44,755 nucleotides of DNA from an uncultured Gammaproteobacteria bacterium (GCA_964604915.1 CAZSAA010000002.1:1783-46537); one strand, 5' to 3'. Shown: positions 1 through 9,185, numbered from the stretch's first letter. Notes: a model not told the origin generated them from the letters alone. Made by a program: numbers and translations.

Positions 1-789
1 GGCTGCGGCCAGCTTATCGCCGCTAGAGCGGTTTCGCGCGCCTTTAGCCAGGATACAATAATCATCAATGCCACGGGCTGCCTCGAAGTGACGACTACCT
101 CATATCCGCAAAGCGCCTGGGGACTGCCTTGGTTGCACTCGCTATTTGAGAACGCCGCTCCCGTTGCTTCAGGCGTCTTGGCTGCCTTGCGCCAGAAAGG
201 AGACAAGAAAACTAAAGTAGTAGTCCAGGCTGGCGATGGCGCCACTTTCGATATCGGTTTCGGGATGATAAGCGGGATGTGGCAAAGAAACGAAGATATA
301 ACCTATATCTGCTATGACACGGAAGGATATTCCAATACCGGCTTCCAAAGCTCAGCCGCGTCTTCGATAAAAAAAAGCGGCCTCATCTCTCCCAAGAAAG
401 ACCTGATCGCAATAGCCCTCGCCCATGGCCTTAGCTATGTCGCCCAAAGTACGGCCGGATACGTCGACGATATAACCAGGAAGGTAGCCAAAGCCCTGAC
501 CATAAAAGGACCAAGCTATATCCAGATCCTCTCGCCTTGCATGCCTGGCTGGAAAATTCCCGCCGACCAAGCCATTGAGCTGGGAAAACTAGCGGTAAAG
601 ACGGGGCTATATCCGTTACTGGAATTCATAGACGGCAAGTTGTCTTCCTCAAGCATCAATAAAGGAATGGACACGCTGCCAGTCGCTAAATACCTTTCCC
701 AGCAAGGCCGTTTCAAGCGCTTGGGAAAAGAAGAAATTGATTATTTCCAGAAGATAGCGGATAATAATATCAAGAAATACCAATTATGA
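1..789 (+). CDS. porB: 2-oxoacid (pyruvate):ferredoxin oxidoreductase beta (TPP-binding) subunit, 5' end cut by window edge
   Basis: Frame 1 is open from nt 1 (GCGQLIAARAV...), so the tracked 88..789 ORF (GTG) is the tail of a longer CDS. It carries family-typical motifs GDGATFDIGFG, YICYDTEGYSNTG and SPCMPGW. The stop overlaps the next start (ATGA at 786-789). Confidence 0.8.
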   Translation, partial: GCGQLIAARAVSRAFSQDTIIINATGCLEVTTTSYPQSAWGLPWLHSLFENAAPVASGVLAALRQKGDKKTKVVVQAGDGATFDIGFGMISGMWQRNEDITYICYDTEGYSNTGFQSSAASSIKKSGLISPKKDLIAIALAHGLSYVAQSTAGYVDDITRKVAKALTIKGPSYIQILSPCMPGWKIPADQAIELGKLAVKTGLYPLLEFIDGKLSSSSINKGMDTLPVAKYLSQQGRFKRLGKEEIDYFQKIADNNIKKYQL

Positions 790-1892
790 AAACTATCCGG
801 ATAATCATCCTAAGCATACTATTAATCTTTATTGCCGCCCCGCAGGTTAACGCCGCCTGCGAATGGGAAAATAAGCAGATGAGTGATACTCCTGGGGTAT
901 TTTTTGGTGGCTGCACTGCTAATGAAAAAGAATCCGAAGAAAGTCTCTGCTCTGGCAAGAAACCCACCTACGGCGTGTGCTGCTGCGAAACCGCGCCAGC
1001 AAAGAAAGCCGAAGCTCTGTTCAAAGTCCCTGATTTACAGATCACTATCCCCGGCCTGGACAAATTCACCCAGCCGACCGATTGCGAAACCGACGCCGCT
1101 GGCAACAAGATAAGCTGCAAGTTCACCTGGATACAAGAATACATGGCGGCTATCTATAAATATGGATTCAATATTATCGGCATAATAGCCACCATCATCC
1201 TGATGGTAGGCGGCGTCATCTGGCTTACCTCGGCCGGCAATGCGAGCCAAGTCGATAGGGCTAAGAAGATGATAGGCGGAGCGGTAACCGGTATAGTGAT
1301 ATTATTCGCTTCTGTCCTGATCCTTAGTACCATCAACCCTAACCTAGTCAATTTCCTCCCCCTTGAGCTGGACTTCATCCAGGCAGAAGTAAAAAAGGAT
1401 GGTCTCGCCATGGCCAGGGGTGGCGGCTTAGCCGGAGAATACAGTGCGAAAGAATGCCCGACTGAAGATGAACTGGCGACCGGAGTAAAATTCTACGCTA
1501 CCGGATACTACAAACCGAAATGGGGCGATACCCACGAAGCCTTATGCGATATCGGCATGAACTGCACCTGCCCTAACGGTCGTAGCACCATAGTCTGCGA
1601 AATGTACCACCTAAGCCAGCCATACTACCAGTGCAATCCTTTCCCGGAAGACATGGAATACTGCAATATCCCAGCGCTAAGCACAGGAGACATCGCCGCT
1701 GACCAAACCTGCCTCAAGAAAGATTCAAAGATCTGCGTTACCGATAGCGGCGGCAAAAAGACTACTTATACTGTAAAAGATAGCGGCGGAGCGATAAAAA
1801 AACGCCGTATTGATATCTGGAGCGGAAGCAGCCTAAGTGCTGCCTATAACAATACGGGCGTAGTGACGGTAAAGGGCGGCGCTTGCCAATAG
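786..1892 (+). CDS. Secreted/membrane protein: signal peptide, Cys-rich region, two-TM T4SS-pilin-like (TrbC/VirB2-like) hairpin, C-terminal 3D (MltA/YabE-type) domain
   Basis: The signal peptide is MKTIRIIILSILLIFIAAPQVNA followed by A. A Cys cluster (GVCCCE) follows. The TM hairpin is FNIIGIIATIILMVGGVIWLTSAG-NASQVDRAKK-MIGGAVTGIVILFASVLILS. The C-terminus carries FYATGYY...GDIAAD...VKDSGGAIKKRRIDIW, which matches the three-Asp 3D-domain pattern. Confidence 0.7.
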   Translation: MKTIRIIILSILLIFIAAPQVNAACEWENKQMSDTPGVFFGGCTANEKESEESLCSGKKPTYGVCCCETAPAKKAEALFKVPDLQITIPGLDKFTQPTDCETDAAGNKISCKFTWIQEYMAAIYKYGFNIIGIIATIILMVGGVIWLTSAGNASQVDRAKKMIGGAVTGIVILFASVLILSTINPNLVNFLPLELDFIQAEVKKDGLAMARGGGLAGEYSAKECPTEDELATGVKFYATGYYKPKWGDTHEALCDIGMNCTCPNGRSTIVCEMYHLSQPYYQCNPFPEDMEYCNIPALSTGDIAADQTCLKKDSKICVTDSGGKKTTYTVKDSGGAIKKRRIDIWSGSSLSAAYNNTGVVTVKGGACQ

Positions 1893-1897
1893 AAGCT

Positions 1898-2305
1898 CTA
1901 GCGGCCGCGGTCCATTGCCGCGTTAGCTAACCTATCCGCCTCCTTATTGAATTCCCGCCTCACATGCGTGAAGGTGACGGATGAAAAACCTATCTTCAGG
2001 TTATGGATCTTCAAGAACAAGGGCGCTAAGTCCTTGTTTTTCACTTTATATTCCCCATTGAGCTGTTTGACCACTAATTCGCTATCCAAGAAGAAAGACA
2101 GGCGCTTGGCCCCCATTTCCTTGGCCTTTTCCAAGGCGAAAACGACCGCCTGGTATTCTGCCTGGTTGTTGGTAGTGACGCCGATGAACTTATCGAAAGA
2201 AGCGAGCGGCTTCCTATCTTTCGAATAGACAGCTACGCCGAATCCGGCTGGACCAGGATTGCCGCGCGAACCGCCGTCAGTATAGATTATTAATTCTTCT
2301 GCCAT
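1898..2305 (-). CDS. rnhA: Ribonuclease HI
   Basis: IYTDGGSRGNPGPAGFG, NNQAEY, LDSELV and NKEADRLAN give the DEDD catalytic pattern of type 1 RNase H. It lies 4 nt downstream of the recJ stop. Confidence 0.85.
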   Translation of the reverse strand: MAEELIIYTDGGSRGNPGPAGFGVAVYSKDRKPLASFDKFIGVTTNNQAEYQAVVFALEKAKEMGAKRLSFFLDSELVVKQLNGEYKVKNKDLAPLFLKIHNLKIGFSSVTFTHVRREFNKEADRLANAAMDRGR

Positions 2306-2309
2306 ATGA

Positions 2310-4022
2310 TTATCCGTTATATTTAGCGTCGATTATCTTGAGCTGAATCTCTGTCCGTCCGTTAAAATAGTTAGTATCGATATTATACGCCAGATCTATC
2401 TTTGCGCCCACTGGCATATCCTTGAACAGGTCCGAGGCAGAAAATGACAGGGCAGGAAAACTGCGCCCTTCTTCAGATGCCACCTTGAGCTTCAAGTGCT
2501 GGCTATCGCTGCCCATAAGCAGGCGACCTACCACCCGCAAGCCGCGCGAAACAAACAAGGGCTTAGGGTTATATTGGCCGAATGGCTCAAACCGCTGCAA
2601 TTCTTTGACAAGATCCATACTTATATCCTCCAAGGATATCTCCATATCCGCCTCCAGCTTCGGAACGATATCCTGGCCAGCCAAAGCCTGGGCGGCATAC
2701 GCTCTGATAGCGGAGACGAAAGATTCCAGATTATCTTCTCCCTTCAGAGAAAACCCGCAAGCCATAGGATGGCCGCCATATTTGCTAAGCCAAGTCGAGC
2801 AGGCACTAAGCGCTTCGATCAGGTTGAATTCCTTAATGGAACGCCCAGAAGATTTATATGGCCCTTCTTCAGTCTTGGTAATTACTAAAGTGGGGCGATA
2901 ATATTTTTCCGATAGCTTTCCGGCGGCAAGGCCGATTAGCCCTTCATTCCAGATCTTTCCCTCCGGAGAAACGGCAATGAGGATATCCGCCTTCTTATCG
3001 CCTATCAATCTTTCAGCTTCCAGGAATATCTCTTCCGCCATTGCTTGGCGCTTGGCATTCTTATCATTTAAATCAACGGCTAATTCCCTAGCCTCGGATA
3101 ATGAGGTCGCGAGCAATAGATTGACGGCCGTATCGGCGTGCTCCATACGGCTCGCGGCATTAAGACGCGGCACGATCTGCCAACTTACGTTCCAAGCTTC
3201 CAGGTCCTTTCCGTTTCCCAGCTTGGCGTTAGCGACAAGCTCTCTCAGTCCCAAGCGTCCCCGCTTGTTTATCATCACCAAGCCACGCTGGACAATGAGG
3301 CGGTTCTCACCCTGCAAGGAAACTAGGTCGCCGATAGTCCCGATCGCCGCCAGATCCAGGGCTCCCTCGACCAGACTGTGCTTCTTTTCTTCGGTCAGGG
3401 TGGATTTAGAGACTAGTGCCTGTACTAACTTATACGCTACTCCGGCACCGCACAGCTTCTTCCAAGGATATGGATCCTGTTCATCGGCTGGGTTGATTAT
3501 GAGGCAATCAGGTAATTGCGCCCTATCATCAGGCAACACGTGGTGGTCGGTAACGATTATATCCAGGCCGAGGCTCTTAGCATAGGCGACTTCTTCGCGA
3601 TTCCTGATACCGTTATCGACGGTAATGACAAGTTTCACGCCATCGGCCGCCAGGCGCTCCAGGGCCGACTTATTGAGACCGTAGCCTTCCTTGACCCGGT
3701 CAGGTATGTATATTTCCGCCTGAGCTTGCAAGGCGCGCAAAGCTTCGGCCATTATGGCTGACGAAGTGACGCCGTCAGCATCGTAATCGCCAAAAATCAC
3801 CATCTTATCGCGTCCCTTGATGTGGCCGATAATCAAAGCGACCGCTCTCTCCATGTCTCGGAAAAGGAAGGGGTCGAAATCGGAAGTTTCAGGATTAAAA
3901 AAGGCTTCCACTGCCTCTTGGCTACGCAAACCGCGGTTATATAGTAATTGCAAGATTATCCGATCATACGGCAAATTATCAACGCCGTAATCATAGGTTG
4001 GAGCGAGATGCCAGTCTTTCAT
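2310..4022 (-). CDS. recJ: Single-stranded-DNA-specific exonuclease RecJ
   Basis: DHH-family motifs are present: IFGDYDADGVTS, VTDHH, and the DHHA1 motif YGGHPMACG. Length of 570 aa is typical. Confidence 0.9.
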   Translation of the reverse strand: MKDWHLAPTYDYGVDNLPYDRIILQLLYNRGLRSQEAVEAFFNPETSDFDPFLFRDMERAVALIIGHIKGRDKMVIFGDYDADGVTSSAIMAEALRALQAQAEIYIPDRVKEGYGLNKSALERLAADGVKLVITVDNGIRNREEVAYAKSLGLDIIVTDHHVLPDDRAQLPDCLIINPADEQDPYPWKKLCGAGVAYKLVQALVSKSTLTEEKKHSLVEGALDLAAIGTIGDLVSLQGENRLIVQRGLVMINKRGRLGLRELVANAKLGNGKDLEAWNVSWQIVPRLNAASRMEHADTAVNLLLATSLSEARELAVDLNDKNAKRQAMAEEIFLEAERLIGDKKADILIAVSPEGKIWNEGLIGLAAGKLSEKYYRPTLVITKTEEGPYKSSGRSIKEFNLIEALSACSTWLSKYGGHPMACGFSLKGEDNLESFVSAIRAYAAQALAGQDIVPKLEADMEISLEDISMDLVKELQRFEPFGQYNPKPLFVSRGLRVVGRLLMGSDSQHLKLKVASEEGRSFPALSFSASDLFKDMPVGAKIDLAYNIDTNYFNGRTEIQLKIIDAKYNG

Positions 4023-4023
4023 A

Positions 4024-4119
4024 TCAGAATGACACCATCACGCTCCAAAAAACCATGGAAATCATCATGACTACCACGATGACGGTCCATATCTTCTTGA
4101 TTATCTTCCTTCTCTTCAT
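4024..4119 (-). CDS. Candidate 31-aa small membrane peptide (MKRRKIIKKIWTVIVVVMMISMVFWSVMVSF), below the ORF-track length cut-off
   Basis: Hand translation of the minus strand gives ATG at 4119 and TGA at 4026-4024. The ORF starts 4 nt after the lepA stop and ends 1 nt before the recJ ATG, exactly filling the gap. It has a basic N-terminus followed by one hydrophobic helix. Confidence 0.45.
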   Translation of the reverse strand: MKRRKIIKKIWTVIVVVMMISMVFWSVMVSF

Positions 4120-4123
4120 ATAT

Positions 4124-5950
4124 TTATCGTTTTAATAGCTTGACGAAGGTATCGGACGGGATATCAACGCTACCTTTACCGGCGCTCATCATCTTCTTCT
4201 TACCCTTCTTCTGCTTCTCAAGCAATTTCTTCTTACGGGAGACATCGCCACCGTATAGCTTGGCGGTAACGTCCTTGCGCATGGCCGACAAGCGTTCGGA
4301 GGCGATCACCTTAGCGCCAATCGATGCCTGGATCTTCACCACGAACATTTGTTTAGGTAGGGTGTCTTTCAATATCTCCACGATTTGCCGGCCTTCGCGA
4401 TAGGCATCGTCGCGATAGACGATACTCGAGAGCGATTCGACGATATCTTCGGCCACCAGGATATCAAGTTTGACCACATCAGCCGTCCGATAATCGAGAT
4501 ACTCATAATTTATCGAGGCATACCCGGAAGATACGCTCTTTATCTTATCATAGAAATCGGTGAGGATGGCGGACATGGGGATGTCATAATGCAAGATGAC
4601 CCGCACGCTATCGCTACCGCTCGAGATATATTCCGTATTCTTATAAATTCCCCGCTTGTCTTGTGCTAGGCTCATGATATTACCGATATAGTCATTAGGG
4701 GTGATTATATCTATCTTGACCCAGGGCTCCTCGATATGGTCGATCTCATTGGGGTCAGGCAAGCGCTGGGGCGTCCGGATGATATCCGACGAGCCATTTT
4801 TAGAAAATACCTTATAGGCGACACTAGGAACAGTCACGATCAGATCGAGATTGTACTCTCGTCTCAGTCTCTCTTGGAATATCTCCAGATGCAATAGCCC
4901 CAAGAACCCGCAACGGAAGCCTAGTCCCAAGGCGTCCGAACGCTCCGGTTCATATACAAAAGCAGCATCATTGAGCTTCAGCTTATCCATTGCTTCGCGC
5001 AGGTCTTCCAGGTTATTACCTTCACGCGGAAATATCCCAGCAAAGACCATCGGCTTCACTTCCTGATATCCAGCTAGCGGTTTCTTCTCCTTGTCAACAG
5101 AAAGCTCACTACTAATGGTAACGGTATCGCCAACACGACATTCTTCCACTTTTTTGAAACCAGTAACGATATAGCCGATTTCGCCGGTTGAGAGCGACCC
5201 GGTCGAAAGATATTCCGGTTTGAAAATGCCTATGTCCAGAACTTCGGTCTTGGTCTGGGTCGACATGAACCTCAAGCTATCGCCTTTCTTTATCTTTCCC
5301 TCGAAGATGCGGACATAGGCGACGACGCCGCGATATTCGTCATATTTAGAATCGAAAATGAGGGCACGCACGTAACCGCACTCCCTATCCACTACATTGA
5401 GGCGCGGCGCCCGTCCCTTATCAATAACTGCCTTAAGAACATCCTCCACGCCTTCGCCGGTCTTGCCGGAAGCGCAGACGATTTCGTCCTCGGCGCAGCC
5501 CAAGAGTTTAATGATTTCCCGCTTGGCCTTGGGGACATCAGCGGCCGGCAAATCTATCTTATTAACCACCGGGATTATCACTAGATCCTGCTCCATAGCT
5601 AGATATAGGTTAGCTAGGGTCTGAGCTTGGATGCCCTGAGTGGCATCGACTAACAAAACGGCCGTCTCGACCGCAGCGAGAGAACGCGAGACTTCATAGG
5701 AAAAATCCACGTGACCAGGAGTATCGATGAGGTTCAACTGGTATCCCTCATAGTCCATAGTAACCGGCTGGAGCTTGATGGTTATCCCTCGCTCCCGCTC
5801 GATATCCATGCCATCGAGGATCTGATTCTTCATCTTGCGACGCTCAACCGTACCGGTGATTTCCAGCATGCGATCAGCCAGCGTGGATTTGCCGTGATCG
5901 ATATGGGCGATGATCCCGAAATTCCTTATATTGTCCTTATTATTTTCCAT
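4124..5950 (-). CDS. lepA: Translation elongation factor 4 (LepA)
   Basis: IRNFGIIAHIDHGKSTLADR, DTPGHVDF and NKIDL are the GTPase motifs. The LepA-specific C-terminal region is present, and 608 aa is typical. Confidence 0.95.
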   Translation of the reverse strand: MENNKDNIRNFGIIAHIDHGKSTLADRMLEITGTVERRKMKNQILDGMDIERERGITIKLQPVTMDYEGYQLNLIDTPGHVDFSYEVSRSLAAVETAVLLVDATQGIQAQTLANLYLAMEQDLVIIPVVNKIDLPAADVPKAKREIIKLLGCAEDEIVCASGKTGEGVEDVLKAVIDKGRAPRLNVVDRECGYVRALIFDSKYDEYRGVVAYVRIFEGKIKKGDSLRFMSTQTKTEVLDIGIFKPEYLSTGSLSTGEIGYIVTGFKKVEECRVGDTVTISSELSVDKEKKPLAGYQEVKPMVFAGIFPREGNNLEDLREAMDKLKLNDAAFVYEPERSDALGLGFRCGFLGLLHLEIFQERLRREYNLDLIVTVPSVAYKVFSKNGSSDIIRTPQRLPDPNEIDHIEEPWVKIDIITPNDYIGNIMSLAQDKRGIYKNTEYISSGSDSVRVILHYDIPMSAILTDFYDKIKSVSSGYASINYEYLDYRTADVVKLDILVAEDIVESLSSIVYRDDAYREGRQIVEILKDTLPKQMFVVKIQASIGAKVIASERLSAMRKDVTAKLYGGDVSRKKKLLEKQKKGKKKMMSAGKGSVDIPSDTFVKLLKR

Positions 5951-5958
5951 AGGTGAAA

Positions 5959-7581
5959 TTATAGGCCCCGAGCTTCGTCTTGGCTGTCTTCGGGCATCTT
6001 CTTGAAAGGCAATCGCCTTCGAAGAGAAGCTAAGATGATCCTTACTTCCTCCACATCCAGTAGCCAGCAGAACAGCAGGAAAGCGATGGCGCCGACGATG
6101 ACGGCCATGGCTAATTGGGTAAAGACGCCGGCAAACGTGGACATATCCACGAAGCTCCAGGCTAGGAGCTTGGATATCTGGATAGCGATGCCAGTAGCGA
6201 TTGCCGAAAGCGAGAGTTTCAAGGCTAATGATATGATCTTTTCCGCTCCGAATTCGCTAGATCCACTATACAGCCAGCCCCAGAGCAAGATAAAATTCAG
6301 GATCGAAACGATAGAGAAAGCCAGAGCCAAGCCGGCCGCTCCCATCAAGGAGGATAGATAGAATGATAGAGGGAGATTGATGATAACGCAAGCGAGCGAG
6401 ATATAGAAGGGCGTTTTTGAGTCATGCTTAGCATAAAATACGCGCACCAATAGAGGCAGGAGAGCTTGCGCGAACAGGCTCAGAGAGAAGAACCCTAAAG
6501 TATTCATGGTCATAATAGTATCTTGCCAATCAAAATTACCGCTGCCGAGGACGACGCGGATAATCTGCGCGCGTAAGGTGATGAACATAACCGTGACCGG
6601 CACCACGAAGAACAGGACCTGCCTAGCGGTACTGAAAAAGCGAGCGCTAAGCGCTTTAGGGTCCGACGCTACTTCCGATAGCGTGGGAAAGGCGGCAATC
6701 GCGAAAGAGATGCCAAAGATACCGACCGGGAAAGACTGGAGATTATTGGCAAAATTGAACACAGAGAGTGAACCCGCTTCCAAACGGGAAGCGAGGAAGG
6801 TGATGATGAAGAGGTTTATCTGCGAAACGGCCAAACTCATTATCCGCGGCCCGCTCATGGCCGCGATAAGGCGCGTAGCCTGATCCTTGAAGGATATACG
6901 AGCATAATAGCGGAACCCAAGGGAGAAGAGAGCTGGAAGTTGCACCAATAAATGCGCGCCGGCGCCCAGGACCACACCCCAAGCCAAGCCAATAAGGCCC
7001 CAATTAGGCGCCAAGTACAAGGCACCGATGATGATACCTAGATTATAGAAGATAGGCGCGATAGAATAGGGCAAGAAACGCTTAGTCGCCTGCAATATAC
7101 CGCCGACCACGCCGGATAATCCCAGCAACAATGGTGATAGGAACATTACTCGAGTAAGGGATGCTACTTGCGCGATCGCTTCAGCCGAGAAGCCCGGAGT
7201 CAAGGCGCGAATAAGGGGGGTAGCGAAAATCAAGCCGGCAATCGAAGCGATAATAAGGATAAGGGACAGGATATTGGCGATATTGCTAGATAACTTCCAA
7301 GCATCTTCATTGGCCCTATCTGCCTCGCCCTTCTCCTTGATCATCTTGGTAAGGACGGGGATAAATCCAGCTGAGAGAGCACCGAGGACTACGAGATTAT
7401 ACAGGAAGTCGGGAATACGAAAAGCCGCATAATATATATCGGTCTCCGCTCCAGCCCCGAATTGCCCCGCTAAGATACGGTCGCGCACGACGCCTAGGAT
7501 GCGTGAAGCGAAAGAAGATATCGCCACGAGGAAGGCGGCGGCGGTAACGCTAGTTATCTTGGAAGAAAAATACCTTAACAT
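5959..7581 (-). CDS. murJ: Lipid II flippase MurJ (MOP superfamily)
   Basis: The N-terminus SRILGVVRDRILAGQFGAGAETDIYYAAFRIPDFLYNL is the typical MurJ signature. The protein is polytopic and hydrophobic, 540 aa. Confidence 0.88.
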   Translation of the reverse strand: MLRYFSSKITSVTAAAFLVAISSFASRILGVVRDRILAGQFGAGAETDIYYAAFRIPDFLYNLVVLGALSAGFIPVLTKMIKEKGEADRANEDAWKLSSNIANILSLILIIASIAGLIFATPLIRALTPGFSAEAIAQVASLTRVMFLSPLLLGLSGVVGGILQATKRFLPYSIAPIFYNLGIIIGALYLAPNWGLIGLAWGVVLGAGAHLLVQLPALFSLGFRYYARISFKDQATRLIAAMSGPRIMSLAVSQINLFIITFLASRLEAGSLSVFNFANNLQSFPVGIFGISFAIAAFPTLSEVASDPKALSARFFSTARQVLFFVVPVTVMFITLRAQIIRVVLGSGNFDWQDTIMTMNTLGFFSLSLFAQALLPLLVRVFYAKHDSKTPFYISLACVIINLPLSFYLSSLMGAAGLALAFSIVSILNFILLWGWLYSGSSEFGAEKIISLALKLSLSAIATGIAIQISKLLAWSFVDMSTFAGVFTQLAMAVIVGAIAFLLFCWLLDVEEVRIILASLRRRLPFKKMPEDSQDEARGL

Positions 7582-7584
7582 AAT

Positions 7585-7773
7585 TCATCGCGTTAGATAA
7601 AGGCGCCAGGCTAAACTAGCCAAGGCCGCCGCTAACACGTAATTAATATTGAAAAATACCGAGACGCTGCCATAAACGAGCCAGTCGAGTAAGAATAGGA
7701 CCAGCCAGATCAAGGACAGAGCTGATGACAACCCAATCAATCTAACTTTATTATCTGCTTTATCTTTGCCCAT
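7585..7773 (-). CDS. Hypothetical small two-TM membrane protein (62 aa)
   Basis: It has two hydrophobic helices (LIGLSSALSLIWLVLFLL and VLAAALASLAWRLYL). Its stop is 3 nt before the murJ ATG. Its 5' end overlaps the upstream gene by 37 nt, so the true start is uncertain. Confidence 0.45.
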   Translation of the reverse strand: MGKDKADNKVRLIGLSSALSLIWLVLFLLDWLVYGSVSVFFNINYVLAAALASLAWRLYLTR

Positions 7774-9179
7774 ATACTTGTCGCTTGCGCCCTGCCTCGC
7801 ACCGAGTGCACCGTTATTGCCGAAGACGTGGCAGCAAAAGGTTCGGGCAAGGAAAGTACCAACTGATACCGATTTTTCTCGCGATATGCGCCACGCATAT
7901 CCAGTTGGATGTTCGCTATTTTCCGACCATCCTTCTTCTGCGGAGACTGATAGCGGGCTATTATGTATCGTATATCGCTATCAGGCCGGAAATATTGATC
8001 TATCTTGGCTACAGCCGGATTGATAAGCTGATCGGCCGAAAAAGCGAACACCCCGTTATTAGCCACTTCCAGATTATCATAGCGGAGGGATAGAGGATAG
8101 ACGTCCTGCTCTTGGCTAGCGCGGAAGGAGAATTGCTTATAGGTACTATCAATCTCGAAATTCTCCCCGCCCAGACGATATGACCCACGCATGAGCGGAT
8201 CGCTACCCTGGATGAGTACGAACGGCTTGTCGGTAAATATCTCCCTATCATACGAAGATCCATACAGGTCAAGGCGATTGGCAAATGAAAGCTTAGATGA
8301 ATCCAGAGAAAGTGATTCAATAATCAAGTTGGTGTCCGCTTTGATGGCAATCTTCACTATTTCTCCAGCTTGCAGGCTATTTAAGGAAAATTCTCCAGAA
8401 AGCTGGCCATTTTCGTCTAAATGATATTCCTGTTCCCCGATCTTTTCCCGATTAAGGCGATATGCTTCGATGATAATGTCTTTTTCCTTGGCGCCATTAT
8501 CCCTAACTGAGAACGACAAATGAAGGTCATTATCCGGAGAAATGGTGTAGAACTCGTGAGAACCGCGCAGGGGTAGGGGAATGGAGACTTGTCCCGATAT
8601 AGCTTGGCTCGCACTAAAAGCGCTATATTCATATCGGTAAGTACCCAAACAACTAACTAAATCTTCGCTTGCACAATTACGGAGTTGGCCCTTATCTAGA
8701 TCTGTGAAAAAAGCTTCTGCCGAATCATAACGGCTATCGCGATCCAATACTATCAAGCCATCCATCTGATAGCTCGACCAATTGGAATAGCGCTCCAGCC
8801 AATAATTTTCCACCGGAGCCAGCTGATAATTACCCGCCTTCTTATCCATCAGCACACCGACTTCGATAAGCGGCTTGTTCTCCGATAATTCGCCGCTATA
8901 TTCTATCTCTAGCTCTAAACTGAGGATGGGGCGAGCGGAATAGAAGGAAAAATATAGGGGATCGCCCGAGAGAGCGGCTCCGTCTTCGAGATATTCCACC
9001 CTAGTATCCGGTGCGAAACGGCCGAAGACGCCCTTTCCACCTAAGAAAGCCGGCTTACCCGGCTCATAGTTAGCGGAAAAACGACCGCCAGGGGAAAAAG
9101 CTAAGATAAGCCATAGAAAAACGATAGCCAAAACTAGGGCTGAGCTAGTGATGATCCTTTTTTTGCCACTCATTGTCAT
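7737..9179 (-). CDS. Hypothetical N-terminally membrane-anchored extracytoplasmic protein (480 aa), no recognisable domain
   Basis: A long ORF with a single N-terminal helix (IITSSALVLAIVFLWLILAF) followed by a beta-rich soluble region. I recognise no motifs. It is co-directional with and upstream of murJ. Confidence 0.7.
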   Translation of the reverse strand: MTMSGKKRIITSSALVLAIVFLWLILAFSPGGRFSANYEPGKPAFLGGKGVFGRFAPDTRVEYLEDGAALSGDPLYFSFYSARPILSLELEIEYSGELSENKPLIEVGVLMDKKAGNYQLAPVENYWLERYSNWSSYQMDGLIVLDRDSRYDSAEAFFTDLDKGQLRNCASEDLVSCLGTYRYEYSAFSASQAISGQVSIPLPLRGSHEFYTISPDNDLHLSFSVRDNGAKEKDIIIEAYRLNREKIGEQEYHLDENGQLSGEFSLNSLQAGEIVKIAIKADTNLIIESLSLDSSKLSFANRLDLYGSSYDREIFTDKPFVLIQGSDPLMRGSYRLGGENFEIDSTYKQFSFRASQEQDVYPLSLRYDNLEVANNGVFAFSADQLINPAVAKIDQYFRPDSDIRYIIARYQSPQKKDGRKIANIQLDMRGAYREKNRYQLVLSLPEPFAATSSAITVHSVRGRAQATSIWAKIKQIIKLD

Positions 9180-9185
9180 AAGCTA

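Noticed and set aside
340-420. The PorB segment between NTGFQSS and KKDL looks about 10 residues shorter than the family consensus as I remember it.
   Set aside because: This rests on memory of the family only and cannot be verified without an alignment. The flanking motifs are intact, so it is probably natural loop variation.
1901-1908. The GCGGCCGC palindrome at the convergent junction of the pilin-like gene and rnhA, considered as a terminator or site of interest.
   Set aside because: It lies inside the rnhA C-terminal codons (..DRGR). It has no stem-loop partner or T-tract. The two convergent genes are only 5 nt apart with no room for a terminator. A similar GGCCGCGGCCGC near 17420 is also inside coding sequence.
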